Notes: generated from the sequence alone by a model not told the origin. A stretch of DNA of 64,000 nt from an uncultured Candidatus Saccharibacteria bacterium (GCA_964574655.1 CAZNOH010000001.1:265852-329851); one strand, 5' to 3'; positions 48,833-59,501 are shown, counted from the first letter of the stretch. Numbers and translations: made by a program.

Positions 48833-49405
48833 ATGAAAAAGTTTTGGGAAAAGATAATGAATTTTAAATTTAAAGGCGCGTTGTTTTTAACATTAATTTT
48901 TGTTTTATTGCTAATTTTTGTGTTGGTTTTTGAAAGAAACAGAGAAGTGAAGATTGATGAAGCAGGACAGGAAGTGTTTACAGTATGGGATGTTAAGAAA
49001 GATAATGTAAAGCAGATTACATTTAATAACAATGGTGAAAAGTTGGTACTTGATAAACAAGGCGATGGATCTTGGAAAGGAAAAAAACAGCCAAAAGATG
49101 AAAAGCAGAAAACTGAAGAATTCAAAGTAGATAGCACAAAGCTGGATTTAGTTTTAGATGAAATTATTAAAATTGAGGCAACTGAAAAAATTGAAAAATC
49201 AAATTTAAAAGATTATGGCCTAGAGAATCCAAAGCTTTCAGTAGCTTTTGTTTTAAAAGATGATAAGAAGAAAGAATTGTTTATCGGTGATAAGAATCCT
49301 GATGGTTCACAACTTTATGTGAAAGTTGATGGAGAAGATTATGTATTTTTAGCTCCAACTGCTTTGAAAGCAAAAATTCAGACTAAAGAAAGTGATTTGA
49401 AGTAA
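48833..49405 (+). CDS. DUF4340-like protein
   Basis: N-terminal TM; L..YGL..P...IG...P.G...YV; follows the GldAFG-like operon. Confidence 0.75.
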   Translation: MKKFWEKIMNFKFKGALFLTLIFVLLLIFVLVFERNREVKIDEAGQEVFTVWDVKKDNVKQITFNNNGEKLVLDKQGDGSWKGKKQPKDEKQKTEEFKVDSTKLDLVLDEIIKIEATEKIEKSNLKDYGLENPKLSVAFVLKDDKKKELFIGDKNPDGSQLYVKVDGEDYVFLAPTALKAKIQTKESDLK

Positions 49406-49597
49406 TCGAGAATTGGCACAAATTAATCACGAATTTCACAAATACGGCGAAAGCCGTTTTTTTGATATAATAAAGAATTATGTTATAATATTATTGTTTA
49501 TTTTAGGTCAGTAAAAATAGAAATTGATGAACAATTTTGTTAAGAGTTGTTTTATCGGTTTAAATAATTTTTAGATAATTAATTAAAATAAAAATAC

Positions 49598-51226
49598 ATG
49601 AAGACATTTATTAAAAAAACGAGCTTACTAATTTTAAGCTTTCTTGTTTTTTTGGCATTCTCTTTTACGATAATGCCACAAAGAAATGCGATGGCTGTTA
49701 GCTGGGAAATTCAGACAGTAGAGAGTGCTGGTACAACTGGATATTATTCATCTATTGCCATTGATTCTAACAACTTGCCGCATATTAGTTACTATGATTT
49801 GTCTAATACTAGATTGGAATATGCTTCATGGGATGGCACAACTTGGACAATTGAAACAGTTGATGACAGCGGAACTGTTGGTCTTTATTCTTCATTAGTT
49901 TTAGATTCCTCCAATAATCCGCATATCAGTTATTATGACAGCACAATTACAAATCTTGATTTGAAGTATGCATCAAAAAATGGTTCAACTTGGAATGTAG
50001 AAACTGTAACTAGCACTGGAAATGTCGGCCTTTATTCGTCGTTAGCTTTGGATTCATCTAATAATCCACATATTAGCTATTATAATGTAACAAATGGAGA
50101 TTTGAATTATGCAAGTTTTAATGGTTTAACTTGGACAATCCAGACAGTGGACAATTCTTCAATAATTATTGGCATGTATACAAGTTTGGCTTTGGATTCT
50201 TCTAATAATCCACACATCAGTTATTATGATTCCACAAATCAGGATTTGAAATATGCTTATTATAACGGTTCTGCTTGGTTAACTCAGACAATAGATAGTA
50301 CAGGCAATGTCGGTGATTACAGTTCAATTGCTTTGAATTCATCTAATAATCCGCGAATAAGCTATCATGATTGGAATAATATGGCTTTGAAGTATGCAAG
50401 CTATAATGGTTCTGCTTGGTCAGTTGAAATTGTTGACAGCGTGACTGCTGGAAATTTAGGACTGTATTCTTCATTAGCTTTAGGATCGACAGATATCCCG
50501 CAGATTGTTTATCTTGCGACTAATGGCCTCAAGTATGCTTATGATAATGGTTCTTCATGGCATACAGAATTTGTAGAAAATGGCAATGTTGGTTATTATA
50601 CTTCTTTAGCTTTGGATTCTTTAGATTATCCTCATGTGAGCTATCATGATCAAACAAATTTTGATTTGAAATATGCAACTAAGGTCCAAAGTCCGGAAGG
50701 AGTAGCGCAAGAAGAAGCTGAGGATTTATTGGAGGCTGGTGATGAAATTCCTTTAAATGAGCTTTTGGATGGGCAAATAATAAACGGTCAGGATTTGGAA
50801 ATATTTTTTATGGAATTGCCGGATGAGTTAATTAGCGGTGATTATTGGATTAGATGGAAAAGAGTAAAAAAATATCCGGTAAAATGGAATCAAAAAAAGC
50901 AAAAATCTTTAAAAAGATATTGGAAATTGACTACTAACTTGAATACTTATACAGGTCCGAAATTTAAAATCAGAGTAGCTTTCAAGTATAACAAAAAGTT
51001 ATTTAATTTATTGAATAAGAAAAATAGTTTTTTGACTAAAAAAGAATTAAAAAAAGAGCTGAAATTGAAATTTAAGAAAAAGAAGACAAGTCAAAAATGG
51101 CAAAAGATAAATAAAGGTTGGAAGAAAGCAAAGGTGATTCATAAAAAGAAAAATAAACGTTTTCTAGTCAAATATTTTAAGCAGTTCAAAAAGAACAAAT
51201 ATTTTTTCGGAATTGGACTGAAATAA
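49598..51226 (+). CDS. Secreted propeller-repeat protein with Lys-rich conserved C-terminal domain
   Basis: About 7 repeats of G.YSSLALDSSNNPHISYYD....LKYA..NG..W..ETVD; C-terminus homologous to 4432..5694. Confidence 0.82.
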   Translation: MKTFIKKTSLLILSFLVFLAFSFTIMPQRNAMAVSWEIQTVESAGTTGYYSSIAIDSNNLPHISYYDLSNTRLEYASWDGTTWTIETVDDSGTVGLYSSLVLDSSNNPHISYYDSTITNLDLKYASKNGSTWNVETVTSTGNVGLYSSLALDSSNNPHISYYNVTNGDLNYASFNGLTWTIQTVDNSSIIIGMYTSLALDSSNNPHISYYDSTNQDLKYAYYNGSAWLTQTIDSTGNVGDYSSIALNSSNNPRISYHDWNNMALKYASYNGSAWSVEIVDSVTAGNLGLYSSLALGSTDIPQIVYLATNGLKYAYDNGSSWHTEFVENGNVGYYTSLALDSLDYPHVSYHDQTNFDLKYATKVQSPEGVAQEEAEDLLEAGDEIPLNELLDGQIINGQDLEIFFMELPDELISGDYWIRWKRVKKYPVKWNQKKQKSLKRYWKLTTNLNTYTGPKFKIRVAFKYNKKLFNLLNKKNSFLTKKELKKELKLKFKKKKTSQKWQKINKGWKKAKVIHKKKNKRFLVKYFKQFKKNKYFFGIGLK

Positions 51227-51286
51227 TCTAAAAGATGTTCTTAATAAAACGGCGAAAGCCGTTTTTTATTTACAAAAAAACAGGAA

Positions 51287-52261
51287 TTAGATTCCTGTAG
51301 AGTTCAGATTGAGGTTTAACATAGGAACAGTTGGACCAATTGTGATTTTGATTATTCTTATTTCTTGCTGTTTATTTAAGAATACATCACCATCAACGTT
51401 TATGTCTTCATCAGTCTCTATGATCAAAGTTTTGGCATTAGTATTTACAACTTTGCCAGCTCTGTGATCTTTTTCTACTGATTTGCCCCAAAGATATTTA
51501 AAAACATGGCTGAGAAGTTCAGGCGCATTGAGAGCAAAGATACCAAGCAAGAATGATCCTTTCTGAATAGATCCTGATAATGGTTTGAAAGTTAGAACAA
51601 CATCTTTAATGTTAGCAGCAATTACTCCGGCAAACTTGGTTCTTTTGAAATGCTGATTGTCATAGGTCACCTTTGCTTCAGCGTAATGATGGATTTTGAA
51701 TTTACTAATAACTGTTCCAAGAATACAGCGGAAGATCAAGCAGATTGCAGCCCACAAACCTTTGCTTGTTTTTTCATAATATTTCAGATAATCGACAACA
51801 ACTCCGATTGCAAAGAAAAAGCCGTAATAAATTTTTCCAGCGTCATCAATTTTTACCAATTCTTTTTGATAAATCGGTGGATTGGGTTGTGATCTAATTT
51901 TCAAAACTGTTGCTAGATTTTCATGAGGTTCTTTTGTAAAGCCTAAAGCCTTTGCAACCATAGACATCGATCCTCCGCCAATATGAGCAACAATTGGTAA
52001 TTGTTGAGTTCGGTAAATTCTGATTGTTTCTTGAATAATATGGCGCAATGCTCCATCACCTCCGCAACAGCAAATATAACTGACTTTCATTTTTTGTAAT
52101 TTGCGGATGATGCTACGGACTTGTTCTGGATTTTGAGTGATGAAAACTTGGACATTTTCAAAACTTGTCGCAACTTTTTTTATTCTGTTGATGTATTTCA
52201 GGCCTTTTCTTCTAATTAGCATGGCATTCAGATTGATGATGACTGCAACGAGTGGTGGCAT
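51287..52261 (-). CDS. Diacylglycerol kinase family protein
   Basis: IIN.NA, GGDG, GGGS, VDGD; GGAGG SD. Confidence 0.78.
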   Translation of the reverse strand: MPPLVAVIINLNAMLIRRKGLKYINRIKKVATSFENVQVFITQNPEQVRSIIRKLQKMKVSYICCCGGDGALRHIIQETIRIYRTQQLPIVAHIGGGSMSMVAKALGFTKEPHENLATVLKIRSQPNPPIYQKELVKIDDAGKIYYGFFFAIGVVVDYLKYYEKTSKGLWAAICLIFRCILGTVISKFKIHHYAEAKVTYDNQHFKRTKFAGVIAANIKDVVLTFKPLSGSIQKGSFLLGIFALNAPELLSHVFKYLWGKSVEKDHRAGKVVNTNAKTLIIETDEDINVDGDVFLNKQQEIRIIKITIGPTVPMLNLNLNSTGI

Positions 52262-52341
52262 TTTCTGACCTCCGCCCCTTTTTATTGTAAGGTGCAATTA
52301 GTTTAAATTAGCATAAAAATGAGTTATGCACAACAAAGTTA

Positions 52342-52370
52342 TTGATGTTTGGTTTTTGTTCGGTTATAAT
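52342..52370 (+). promoter_or_regulatory. lexA promoter with candidate direct-repeat operator
   Basis: TTGATG-17-TATAAT enclosing GTTT-N7-GTTC. Confidence 0.55.
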
Positions 52371-52409
52371 AAATTTAGAAAGATAAAATAATTATTTAAA
52401 AATAAATTT

Positions 52410-53021
52410 ATGAAAAATTTAACGAAAAAGCAAAAAAAAATATTAGATTATTTGGCTGAATATGAACAGGATAATGGTTATATGCCAGCATATCAGGAGA
52501 TTGCAGAAGAAATGGGATTAAAATCAAAAGCAACAATTTGGGAGCATCTGAAAAATTTAAAAGATAAGGGCTATTTAGATTTTGTGAAGGGAGCTGCTCG
52601 GGCAATAAAATTAGACGAAAAATTCAGATTATTTGCGAAGGCAGTCAGTATTCCTTTAGTTGGTTTAATTGCAGCTGGTGAGCCAATAGAGGCCTTAGAA
52701 GATAGAGAAATGATGGATGTGCCAATTGGTTTTGTGAATGGCAAAAGAGTGGAAGATTGTTTTGCTCTGAAAGTCCGTGGCGATTCAATGATTGAAGATG
52801 GAATTTTAGATGGCGATTATGTGATGGTAGAAAAAAATTATTATCCAAATAATGGCGATGTAGTAGTAGCTTTATTGGGCAATGAATATGCAACATTGAA
52901 GAGGTATTATCGTGAAAAAAAGAGAATTAGATTACAGCCGGCTAATTCAACGATGAAGCCAATCTATGTAATGAATCCGGCGATACAAGGAGTCGTGCGA
53001 GCAGTGTTGAGAAAGTTTTAA
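52410..53021 (+). CDS. lexA: LexA repressor
   Basis: LTKKQ..IL, winged HTH, IAAG.P cleavage site, GDSM, TLKR. Confidence 0.95.
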   Translation: MKNLTKKQKKILDYLAEYEQDNGYMPAYQEIAEEMGLKSKATIWEHLKNLKDKGYLDFVKGAARAIKLDEKFRLFAKAVSIPLVGLIAAGEPIEALEDREMMDVPIGFVNGKRVEDCFALKVRGDSMIEDGILDGDYVMVEKNYYPNNGDVVVALLGNEYATLKRYYREKKRIRLQPANSTMKPIYVMNPAIQGVVRAVLRKF

Positions 53022-53057
53022 CAATTTATAAAAAATATTTTAATCTAAGTTATCCTT

Positions 53058-53303
53058 ATGTACGAACAAATTAATGATCCAATAGAGGTTTTAGCTGGTT
53101 TTAAAAGAGGACAGATAATTCCCTATCGTTTTAAGTGGGGAATACATCAATATGATGTGAAAAAGGTTAATCTTGTTCATGGCGAGATGCGAGGCAAAGA
53201 TATGTTATATTATTTTTCTGTTTCTGATGAGGCAAATTATTTCAAGCTTTGTTTTAATAGCGGAAAAATGGTTTGGAAATTGGAGGAGATGATGGAGAGT
53301 TAG
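53058..53303 (+). CDS. Small hypothetical protein in the lexA-dinB operon
   Basis: P..F.W....Y.V...YFSV.....F.L.F.....W.L pattern; operon position. Confidence 0.7.
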   Translation: MYEQINDPIEVLAGFKRGQIIPYRFKWGIHQYDVKKVNLVHGEMRGKDMLYYFSVSDEANYFKLCFNSGKMVWKLEEMMES

Positions 53304-53419
53304 AAAATGCAAAAATTGGGATTGACTTGATCGATAAATTTGTTTATATTTAACGGCTGTTCTTTAAAATTTTTGGTAGCTGACTAATTCCAAGCAAACA
53401 AAGTCAGAGGAGGAGAAGA

Positions 53420-54643
53420 ATGCGAAGAAAGGCAATAGATTATTATGATACATTTGCCACTAATCGTGGATTGTTGAAAAAGCGGATTTTGCAAGTAACT
53501 GGACTTTCTGGCGTGAAAGAATTGCAAATAAGGATGGCAGAGCGTGTTAATAATAAATCTGTCGACGTGTTGGTTGAAAATACTTGTAGTCATAATTGTA
53601 TTGGTTGTCATTTTAGCGAAAATAAGGGTAGGGGACTTGTTTCTGTGAGTTCTGAATTAATAGATGATATCAGACATGCTGTTGATTTTGTACGATCAAC
53701 TAATCCTATGTATGTGACATTTTATCCTTGCGAGATTACAACTGCAATGGAATTATTGCCGATATATACTTATTTGGGCTCTGATAGAGTGCTTACCAAT
53801 GCTAAATTTCTTGATTGTGAAGGAGTAATTGAAAGATTAAAACGAGCTGGTATTAGGCAGATGAGTATAACTGTGCCTGGTGAGAAAGAAGCGTATGCTT
53901 TGTATACTGGCGAGAATCCTGATACATATGTTCATCTTTTATCAAACATATCGTTGGCTGTTGTGTCTGGATTTGATGTTAGTATTTTTATGCCGATGTT
54001 CAAAGGCAATCTTTATGATGTCCGATCTACTGTGGATGAGCTGTATAGGCGTGGTATTAGAGAGATAAAGTTTCTTCGACTTTTGCCTGTTGGCAAGGCT
54101 AAAGATCTGCCTGATGATATGTTTTTGACCAATGATGAAATTCTTTTATTTTTGCGGACAGTGAATCAGTTGAGACATGATTATCAGGGCAAGGGTTTGA
54201 GATTGGTGTTGTTTGGTGGTTATTTTGGTCCGAATTTTTATTCCAAAAATGTCTTTAAGTATTTACAAGGAGAAAATGTGCCAATAAGTAATTTCCGAAG
54301 TAGATATTTTTGTCCAGCTATTGGTCAGCAGTTTATTTGCCTATCGGTTGGAAGTAGAGAATTGTTTGGCTGTCATCAGGGAATGTCATTTCATGAATTT
54401 TGGATTGGGTCATTGAAGAATGATAGATTTTGTATTGATGCAAATCCATTTGTTTCTGATGATTTAAAAAATAATCTTCGTGGTTTATGTTCTTCTGATT
54501 CTTGTGAAGAGCAATCAATTTGCATGGGAGGATGCCGGATGGTTGCATTTTCTAATGCAAAAAGAAGAGGCGAGAATGATCCGCTTTGTGCTGGTCAGGA
54601 TTTCTGCATCACGCATTTTTTGAGGAGTGTTAGTTCTTTTTAG
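53420..54643 (+). CDS. Radical SAM protein with SPASM-like Cys-rich tail
   Basis: CSHNCIGC; C-terminal CPAIG...GC...C...C....CMGGC...C...C. Confidence 0.85.
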   Translation: MRRKAIDYYDTFATNRGLLKKRILQVTGLSGVKELQIRMAERVNNKSVDVLVENTCSHNCIGCHFSENKGRGLVSVSSELIDDIRHAVDFVRSTNPMYVTFYPCEITTAMELLPIYTYLGSDRVLTNAKFLDCEGVIERLKRAGIRQMSITVPGEKEAYALYTGENPDTYVHLLSNISLAVVSGFDVSIFMPMFKGNLYDVRSTVDELYRRGIREIKFLRLLPVGKAKDLPDDMFLTNDEILLFLRTVNQLRHDYQGKGLRLVLFGGYFGPNFYSKNVFKYLQGENVPISNFRSRYFCPAIGQQFICLSVGSRELFGCHQGMSFHEFWIGSLKNDRFCIDANPFVSDDLKNNLRGLCSSDSCEEQSICMGGCRMVAFSNAKRRGENDPLCAGQDFCITHFLRSVSSF

Positions 54644-54722
54644 ATAGCAAAAGCTATCTTTTTTTATGAATATTTTTGAATTTAGATTTTTGATTTTAAA
54701 ATTAAAAATTTGAATTCAAATT

Positions 54723-54920
54723 ATGCAAAAACAAATTTTACATATTGACAAGGAAAAGTCAAAAATAAAAAGGTAAAAGTTCCAAGTAAAAAGTAAAAAT
54801 AGTTTAATTTCTAGTTTAAATAATAAAAAAAGACTGGAAATATTTTTTGTTTTTTTTACTTTTTATTTGTCGCTTTTTACTTTTTACTTTTTACTTTTGC
54901 CTTATGATATTACATATTGA
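54723..54920 (+). mobile_element. Duplicated dinB start with AAAAGT/ACTTTT hairpin insertion
   Basis: MQKQILHID fragment; TTACATATTGA direct repeat at 54738-54748 and 54910-54920 flanks inverted arms. Confidence 0.65.
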
Positions 54921-56205
54921 TATGAATTCATATTTTGCTACTTGTGAATAACAGGCAAATCCTTTTTTGCGTGGAAAACCGGTGGCTATCGGAGGGGATC
55001 CAAGGTCGTTTCATAATGGTGAAATTTCGAGGAGCCGGACTTTGATTGTAGCTGCATCTAAAGAGGCAAAAAAAAGAGGTGTAAAATCTGTTATGCCGTC
55101 TTGGGAGGCAGTGAAAATTTGTCCGGAATTAATTTTTGTGCCTGGCGATCATATAAAATACAAATGGATTACTGACAAATTTTTAGAAATATTTAAATCA
55201 TATTCGCCTATTCTAGAAATTTTTAGTATTGATGAAGCTTTTTTAGAAATCGCGAATTTGCACGAATTAAGCACAAATATCACAGATGGTAGAAATTTTG
55301 ATAGAGCAATTAAGATTGCTAAAGAAATTAAGTTAAGATTGAAAAAGGAAGTTGGCGAGTGGATGACTTGTTCAATTGGAATCGCGGAAAATAAATTGTT
55401 GGCAAAGCTGGCTTCGGATTTAAAAAAACCAGATGGATTAGTTATAATTGATGAAAATAATAAAGAAAAGATTTTGGATTCTATTGAACTGACTGATTTT
55501 TGCGGGATTGGCAAAAGAATAGAGGCAAGATTAAATAGAATGGGAATTTTTACAGTAAAGCAATTAAAGAATTGTTCTTATATTAATTTAACGAAAGAAT
55601 TTAAATCTTACGGCCATAAATTATATTTAATGGCCAGAGGCGAAGATAACTCAGAAGTTGTTCCATATTATTTATTGCCAGATGAAAAATCAATGGGCCA
55701 TAATTTTACTTTGCCAAAAGATGTTTGGGATTTGAAAGAAATCAAATCAGTTATTTTGCAATTGTCAGAAAAACTAGGCAGGAGATTGAGACGGAAAAAT
55801 TTTGTTGCAAAATGTATGACATTATTATTGAGATATTCTTTTTATGAAAAAAATATTGGTTATGTGAGTTTTCATCATTTTCATAAACAAAAAAAAGTAA
55901 GTTATTGGATTAATGATGGTTATGAGATTTATAAAATTACAGAAAAAATTTTGCAAAGCTGGAAAGATAATCAATCTGTTAGAATGATTGGCGTTGCTGT
56001 TTCTTGTTTTTCTAAAATAAATCAAATTTCTTGTTTGGAAAAAGATAATAAGTCAAAAAGAATTTTAAAAGCTTCGGATAAGATAAATAATAAGTTTGGA
56101 GAAAATACTATTTTTAGAGGTGCATATTTAAAAGCTGGAAAGTCAAAAATTTTGATGCCGAAAGCATTAAAATCGCCAGTTAGTTTTATGAGAAGAAATG
56201 ATTAA
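54904..56205 (+). pseudogene. dinB: DNA polymerase IV with in-frame TAA at codon 16
   Basis: [26 protein letters not shown]..., SIDEAF, LAKLASD..KPDG, GIG. Confidence 0.85.
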
Positions 56206-56359
56206 TTAAAATAGCTAATAATGATTTGGCTGTTTTTTTGTCTTGACTAAGTTATAAATTGTGTTAAGCTAGAAACTTGCGTTGAAGAAACGAAGTTCTG
56301 CTGTTTGGCAGGCAAGAAGTCCGCCTACGCTGAAGTTTCGGCGGACGATGGAGGAAAAG

Positions 56360-57043
56360 ATGAAACGGACGAGTCTTTGCATGTTGATGGTTGTAATGTG
56401 CGGATGTACAAGCTCTTTCGATGGCAAGCAAAATGTGAATTCCGGCAATGGCGACATCAATGGCAAGAAGGCACTCACTACTGACATGCAGCTTTCGGTC
56501 GGAGAAGTAGCACCTTTTGGCGATGGGAATGTGATTGTCATGGATATGTCAGGCAGGGAAGTTTTGCATGTCAAGGCAGTTGCAGACGGACTCAAGCGTA
56601 AGCTCAAGGGTTCGGCTTGGTCCAAAGATTCGGCAAAGTTTGCTGTTTTATATAGCGATGATCAGGGAACTGAAGTCATTGTCTATTGTATCTATGATCC
56701 TTCTCCTTGTGGAAAAGCAATGCCTCGCAATACTGCGATGATTGGATTTCGATATTTGGCTTTCAGCAGGAATCCTGGATTTGTCTTGATTTCGATTGAT
56801 GGCAAGGATGTAGAAGAATTGCCGATCAAGCCGATTCCTCCTCCGTCATCTCCAGTGTCATCTCCAGTGTTTGTCAAGGAAATCATTGATGCTGGAGCAA
56901 ATGAAGATATTGAAGTTGATGCTGGAAAGTTGAAGCCAGTTGAAGAGAGAGATCAGGAAGATTTTGAGACTGGAACAATTCCTGAACGGACGATGCCACG
57001 TCCTTCAGTAGAAACTGGAAAAGTGGTGGGTGGCAAGCTCTAA
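56360..57043 (+). CDS. Hypothetical lipoprotein
   Basis: GGAGG SD; MKRTSLCMLMVVMCGC lipobox-like; Pro-rich tail. Confidence 0.65.
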   Translation: MKRTSLCMLMVVMCGCTSSFDGKQNVNSGNGDINGKKALTTDMQLSVGEVAPFGDGNVIVMDMSGREVLHVKAVADGLKRKLKGSAWSKDSAKFAVLYSDDQGTEVIVYCIYDPSPCGKAMPRNTAMIGFRYLAFSRNPGFVLISIDGKDVEELPIKPIPPPSSPVSSPVFVKEIIDAGANEDIEVDAGKLKPVEERDQEDFETGTIPERTMPRPSVETGKVVGGKL

Positions 57044-57185
57044 TAGGAATTAAATTCGTACTTTTTTTTAACCAAGCTTACTTGGTTTTTTTATTTTTAA
57101 AAAACCAATAGATATTGACAATTGTTATATTTTTTGTTAGAGTAGCTTAACTTGTTCCTTAAAAATCAGGAAGGAGGGAGAGAGA

Positions 57186-57521
57186 ATGAAGACAGAGATT
57201 AGATGGGTTTTTGTTGATCCTTGTCTGGGATTTAAGCGAGCAGGGATGCAGGTTTCTCTTTTTAAAGTGAAACGTGATGGAGAAAAATTACAGCTTATTT
57301 GTCCGATTCATTGTTTTTATGATAATCATTTTAACGCTGAAGGACTGAAAGTTGGTGATATTTTGTGCCATAAATTGAGTTTTGAGCATTTTGCCTATGC
57401 AAGTCGTAATGATGAACATCATTTTCTAGTTGTAGTTGGCATTTCTGAAAAAGAAATTGAATTTTCATCTGTTTTTGAAAAAGTAGAAGATCTTTTTGCA
57501 TATTTGGATAAGAAAAAGTGA
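57186..57521 (+). CDS. Hypothetical protein
   Basis: Own promoter, AGGAGG SD, 111-aa ORF. Confidence 0.6.
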   Translation: MKTEIRWVFVDPCLGFKRAGMQVSLFKVKRDGEKLQLICPIHCFYDNHFNAEGLKVGDILCHKLSFEHFAYASRNDEHHFLVVVGISEKEIEFSSVFEKVEDLFAYLDKKK

Positions 57522-58095
57522 ACTTTGCAATCGAAGAATAATCTTCGATTTTTTATTTATCAATATATTTCTGAAAATTTTCTTGACAAATTTTTTTATA
57601 ATAATAATATATAAACTATGTTGTTCTTTTTCACAGCAAGGGAAGAAGTGGAGTGAAGATTTTTTGGCGCTTTGCGCGTTTTTTTGGCCAATTTTTTTCG
57701 ATTCTCTTGGCCGTAAGGCCAAACAATGGGGATAAGAAATATAAGAAGATCTAGTTAAGCCAAAAAAATGCTTTGTTGAAGAGTTTTTCCGAAACAGAGT
57801 TAAATATTATTTGTTATTATATTATCGTTAAAATTCTCTCTCATCTTTATGACGGATTTTAACTGGCTCCCATAACTTTGCTGGTAGATATCTTTGGAGG
57901 TTACGGCTTCTGAAGACTAACGTGGAACAGTCAAGTTTCACGCCATACAATATAACCACGCTAATTTTTTATTTGATTTTTTTCTTTTGAATTTTTGGTG
58001 TGGTTGTTTTTTTTCGATTTGATTTTTTTATTGCTTTACTAGGTTTATTTTTGTATTATATCTGTAGATTGTAGCTTCTCAAAGGGAGGAAGAAA

Positions 58096-58509
58096 ATGGC
58101 TGGAAAAAAGGTGAGTGTCTGGAAAGAAAACTATTTGAGCAAAGAAATAAGACAGGGATTGTTGGCTTGGGCAGTAGTTATCGGAATCTGTTTGCTGATA
58201 AAATTGATTTTTGATGTAAGCTTTTGGCTGTGTTTAGCAACTTTCTGGGCAATATGTGTAGCTCTTTATTATTTTGTGAATTTGGGTATTGCAATACATG
58301 ATTTCATGAAAAAACTGCTTTATGAAAGAAATTTTTTTGTGGAGAATAAAAAGAATGTCAGAAAAGCACTGATTTGGTTGATAGTTGTAATTTCAAGTTC
58401 CGTTTTCTGTTCGATTAATTTGGGATGGTTTTTCGGTTTACTTTTTATTGTTCCTTGTTTGCTCTTGATCTATTGGACATTCGTAAATAAAGAATGTCCG
58501 CGTGTTTGA
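58096..58509 (+). CDS. Hypothetical membrane protein (4 TM)
   Basis: GGAGG SD; hydrophobic segments. Confidence 0.6.
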   Translation: MAGKKVSVWKENYLSKEIRQGLLAWAVVIGICLLIKLIFDVSFWLCLATFWAICVALYYFVNLGIAIHDFMKKLLYERNFFVENKKNVRKALIWLIVVISSSVFCSINLGWFFGLLFIVPCLLLIYWTFVNKECPRV

Positions 58510-58570
58510 CAGGCTATGCCTGTTTTTTTTGCACTTGAATTTTGTGTTGGATAAGGTAAAATTATATTAT

Positions 58571-59110
58571 ATGGTCAAAATAATTTTTGAATCGCATGGA
58601 ACAACATTAGATAATGAAGCAGGACTTTCGTCTGGCTGGTTTGATGTTGAATTGTCTGATCTTGGAAAAAGGCAGGCAAAGGAATTGGGAGAGCGACATA
58701 AAAATAAACATTATGATGCGATTTTTTGTTCTGATTTGAGCAGGTCATATAATACTGCTGAAATTGCTTTTTTAAATCGAGACTTTAGAATTATTAATGA
58801 CAAGAGATTGAGAGAATGCGACTACGGCGATTTTACAAAACACAAAAGTTCTGAAGTTGAGAAAATGAAAAAAGATCATATTGAAAAACCATTTCCAAAA
58901 GGCGAAAGCTATATGCAAACTTCAGAAAGAATGAAAAGTTTTTTGCAAGATTTGTTGAAAAATTATAATAATAAAACTGTCATGATCATTGGCCATCGAG
59001 CAACTCAATATGGTTTGGAGCATTGGATCAATGATGTTGATTTGAAAAAAGTAGTAACTGATCCATGGATTTGGCAATCTGGCTGGACTTATTATTTAGA
59101 AAGAATATAA
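58571..59110 (+). CDS. Histidine phosphatase family protein
   Basis: SHG.T.DN..G..SG..D..LS..G..QA, SDL.R...TA, LRE.DYG, GES. Confidence 0.85.
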   Translation: MVKIIFESHGTTLDNEAGLSSGWFDVELSDLGKRQAKELGERHKNKHYDAIFCSDLSRSYNTAEIAFLNRDFRIINDKRLRECDYGDFTKHKSSEVEKMKKDHIEKPFPKGESYMQTSERMKSFLQDLLKNYNNKTVMIIGHRATQYGLEHWINDVDLKKVVTDPWIWQSGWTYYLERI

Positions 59111-59147
59111 TAGATCGTTCCTTTCAAATTCAGAGGAGGGAAGAGCA

Positions 59148-59501
59148 ATGATAGGCGTTATGTTGCATCAGTATTTTATTTATCCGTACATACCAATATC
59201 TTTGCCGTACGGTAGTGACTCAATATTACGAAAATTGCGTTTATCTGAAAATGGATATATCGGATCAGTTGTAATTAAAAAACTGATAGGCAATTTGTTT
59301 GTTTTTGCAGACTATATTAAGCCAGGAGATATTTTTGAAGCAGTTCTTGTAACAATAAATATGCCTGGAGAAAGATTGCTTGGCTATTGTTCTGTTTTAT
59401 CTGTTGCCGATAATAATCTTGTTTTGTCTGATAATTTCAGATCAAAAAATGAAGCACAGATAGCATATACATTAGCAACTAAAATGAGAGATTCGGAATG
59501 A
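59148..59501 (+). CDS. Hypothetical protein
   Basis: AGGAGG SD, 117-aa ORF, terminator at about 59512-59540. Confidence 0.55.
   Translation: MIGVMLHQYFIYPYIPISLPYGSDSILRKLRLSENGYIGSVVIKKLIGNLFVFADYIKPGDIFEAVLVTINMPGERLLGYCSVLSVADNNLVLSDNFRSKNEAQIAYTLATKMRDSE

Noticed and set aside
57905-57935. Hammerhead ribozyme suggested by CTGAAGA
   Set aside because: No correctly placed stem II and GAAA core
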